Shown here: one piece after another, positions 37,830-37,876 of the stretch
Layout of the letters: every line of letters begins with the position of its first letter
How positions within the stretch are numbered: the stretch's first letter is position 1
From: Sphaeroforma arctica JP610
Taxonomy: Eukaryota
Assembly: GCF_001186125.1 (NCBI RefSeq)
Contig: NW_014039708.1
Coordinates: 1 to 37,876, forward strand
Direction of reading: 5' to 3'
DNA length: 37,876 nt
Program-made: the position numbers and the translations under genes
Notes under the pieces: model-generated
Databases searched by the model: none
Told to the model about the DNA's origin: nothing
Seen by the model: the letters and a program-made list of their open reading frames with translations, nothing else

Positions 37830-37876
37830 TTCTTGTGTTAAAGGAATGTGTTTTCATATACATATGAATATATATA

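Overview
This is eukaryotic draft-scaffold DNA: GT-AG introns, five N gaps and many micro/minisatellites. I see no rRNA, tRNA, CRISPR or intact transposon. Four genes are well supported. (1) An intronless, secreted Agd3-like (CE18) polysaccharide deacetylase at 3277-5364 (+). (2) A 4-exon EamA/DMT (WAT1-like) transporter at 5670-9696 (-). (3) A multi-exon MRD1/RBM19 ribosome-biogenesis RRM protein at about 11695-17223 (+), whose ATG appears to be split by an intron. (4) A 15-exon Xaa-Pro aminopeptidase P (XPNPEP1-like) at 20032-30340 (+). Weaker, possibly decayed gene remnants lie at 17361-19568 (-), 34003-34949 (-) and 37629-37829 (+). The right end is dominated by tandem arrays, including a 3.2-kb 18/19-bp satellite with higher-order structure. 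The most notable points are the orphan intronless CE18 deacetylase in an intron-rich genome, repeated tandem duplications seeded at splice junctions, and the large satellite apparently expanded inside an ORF-like stretch. The lineage (unicellular opisthokont, possibly an ichthyosporean) is my guess only. All exon models were read by eye and no database search was run.
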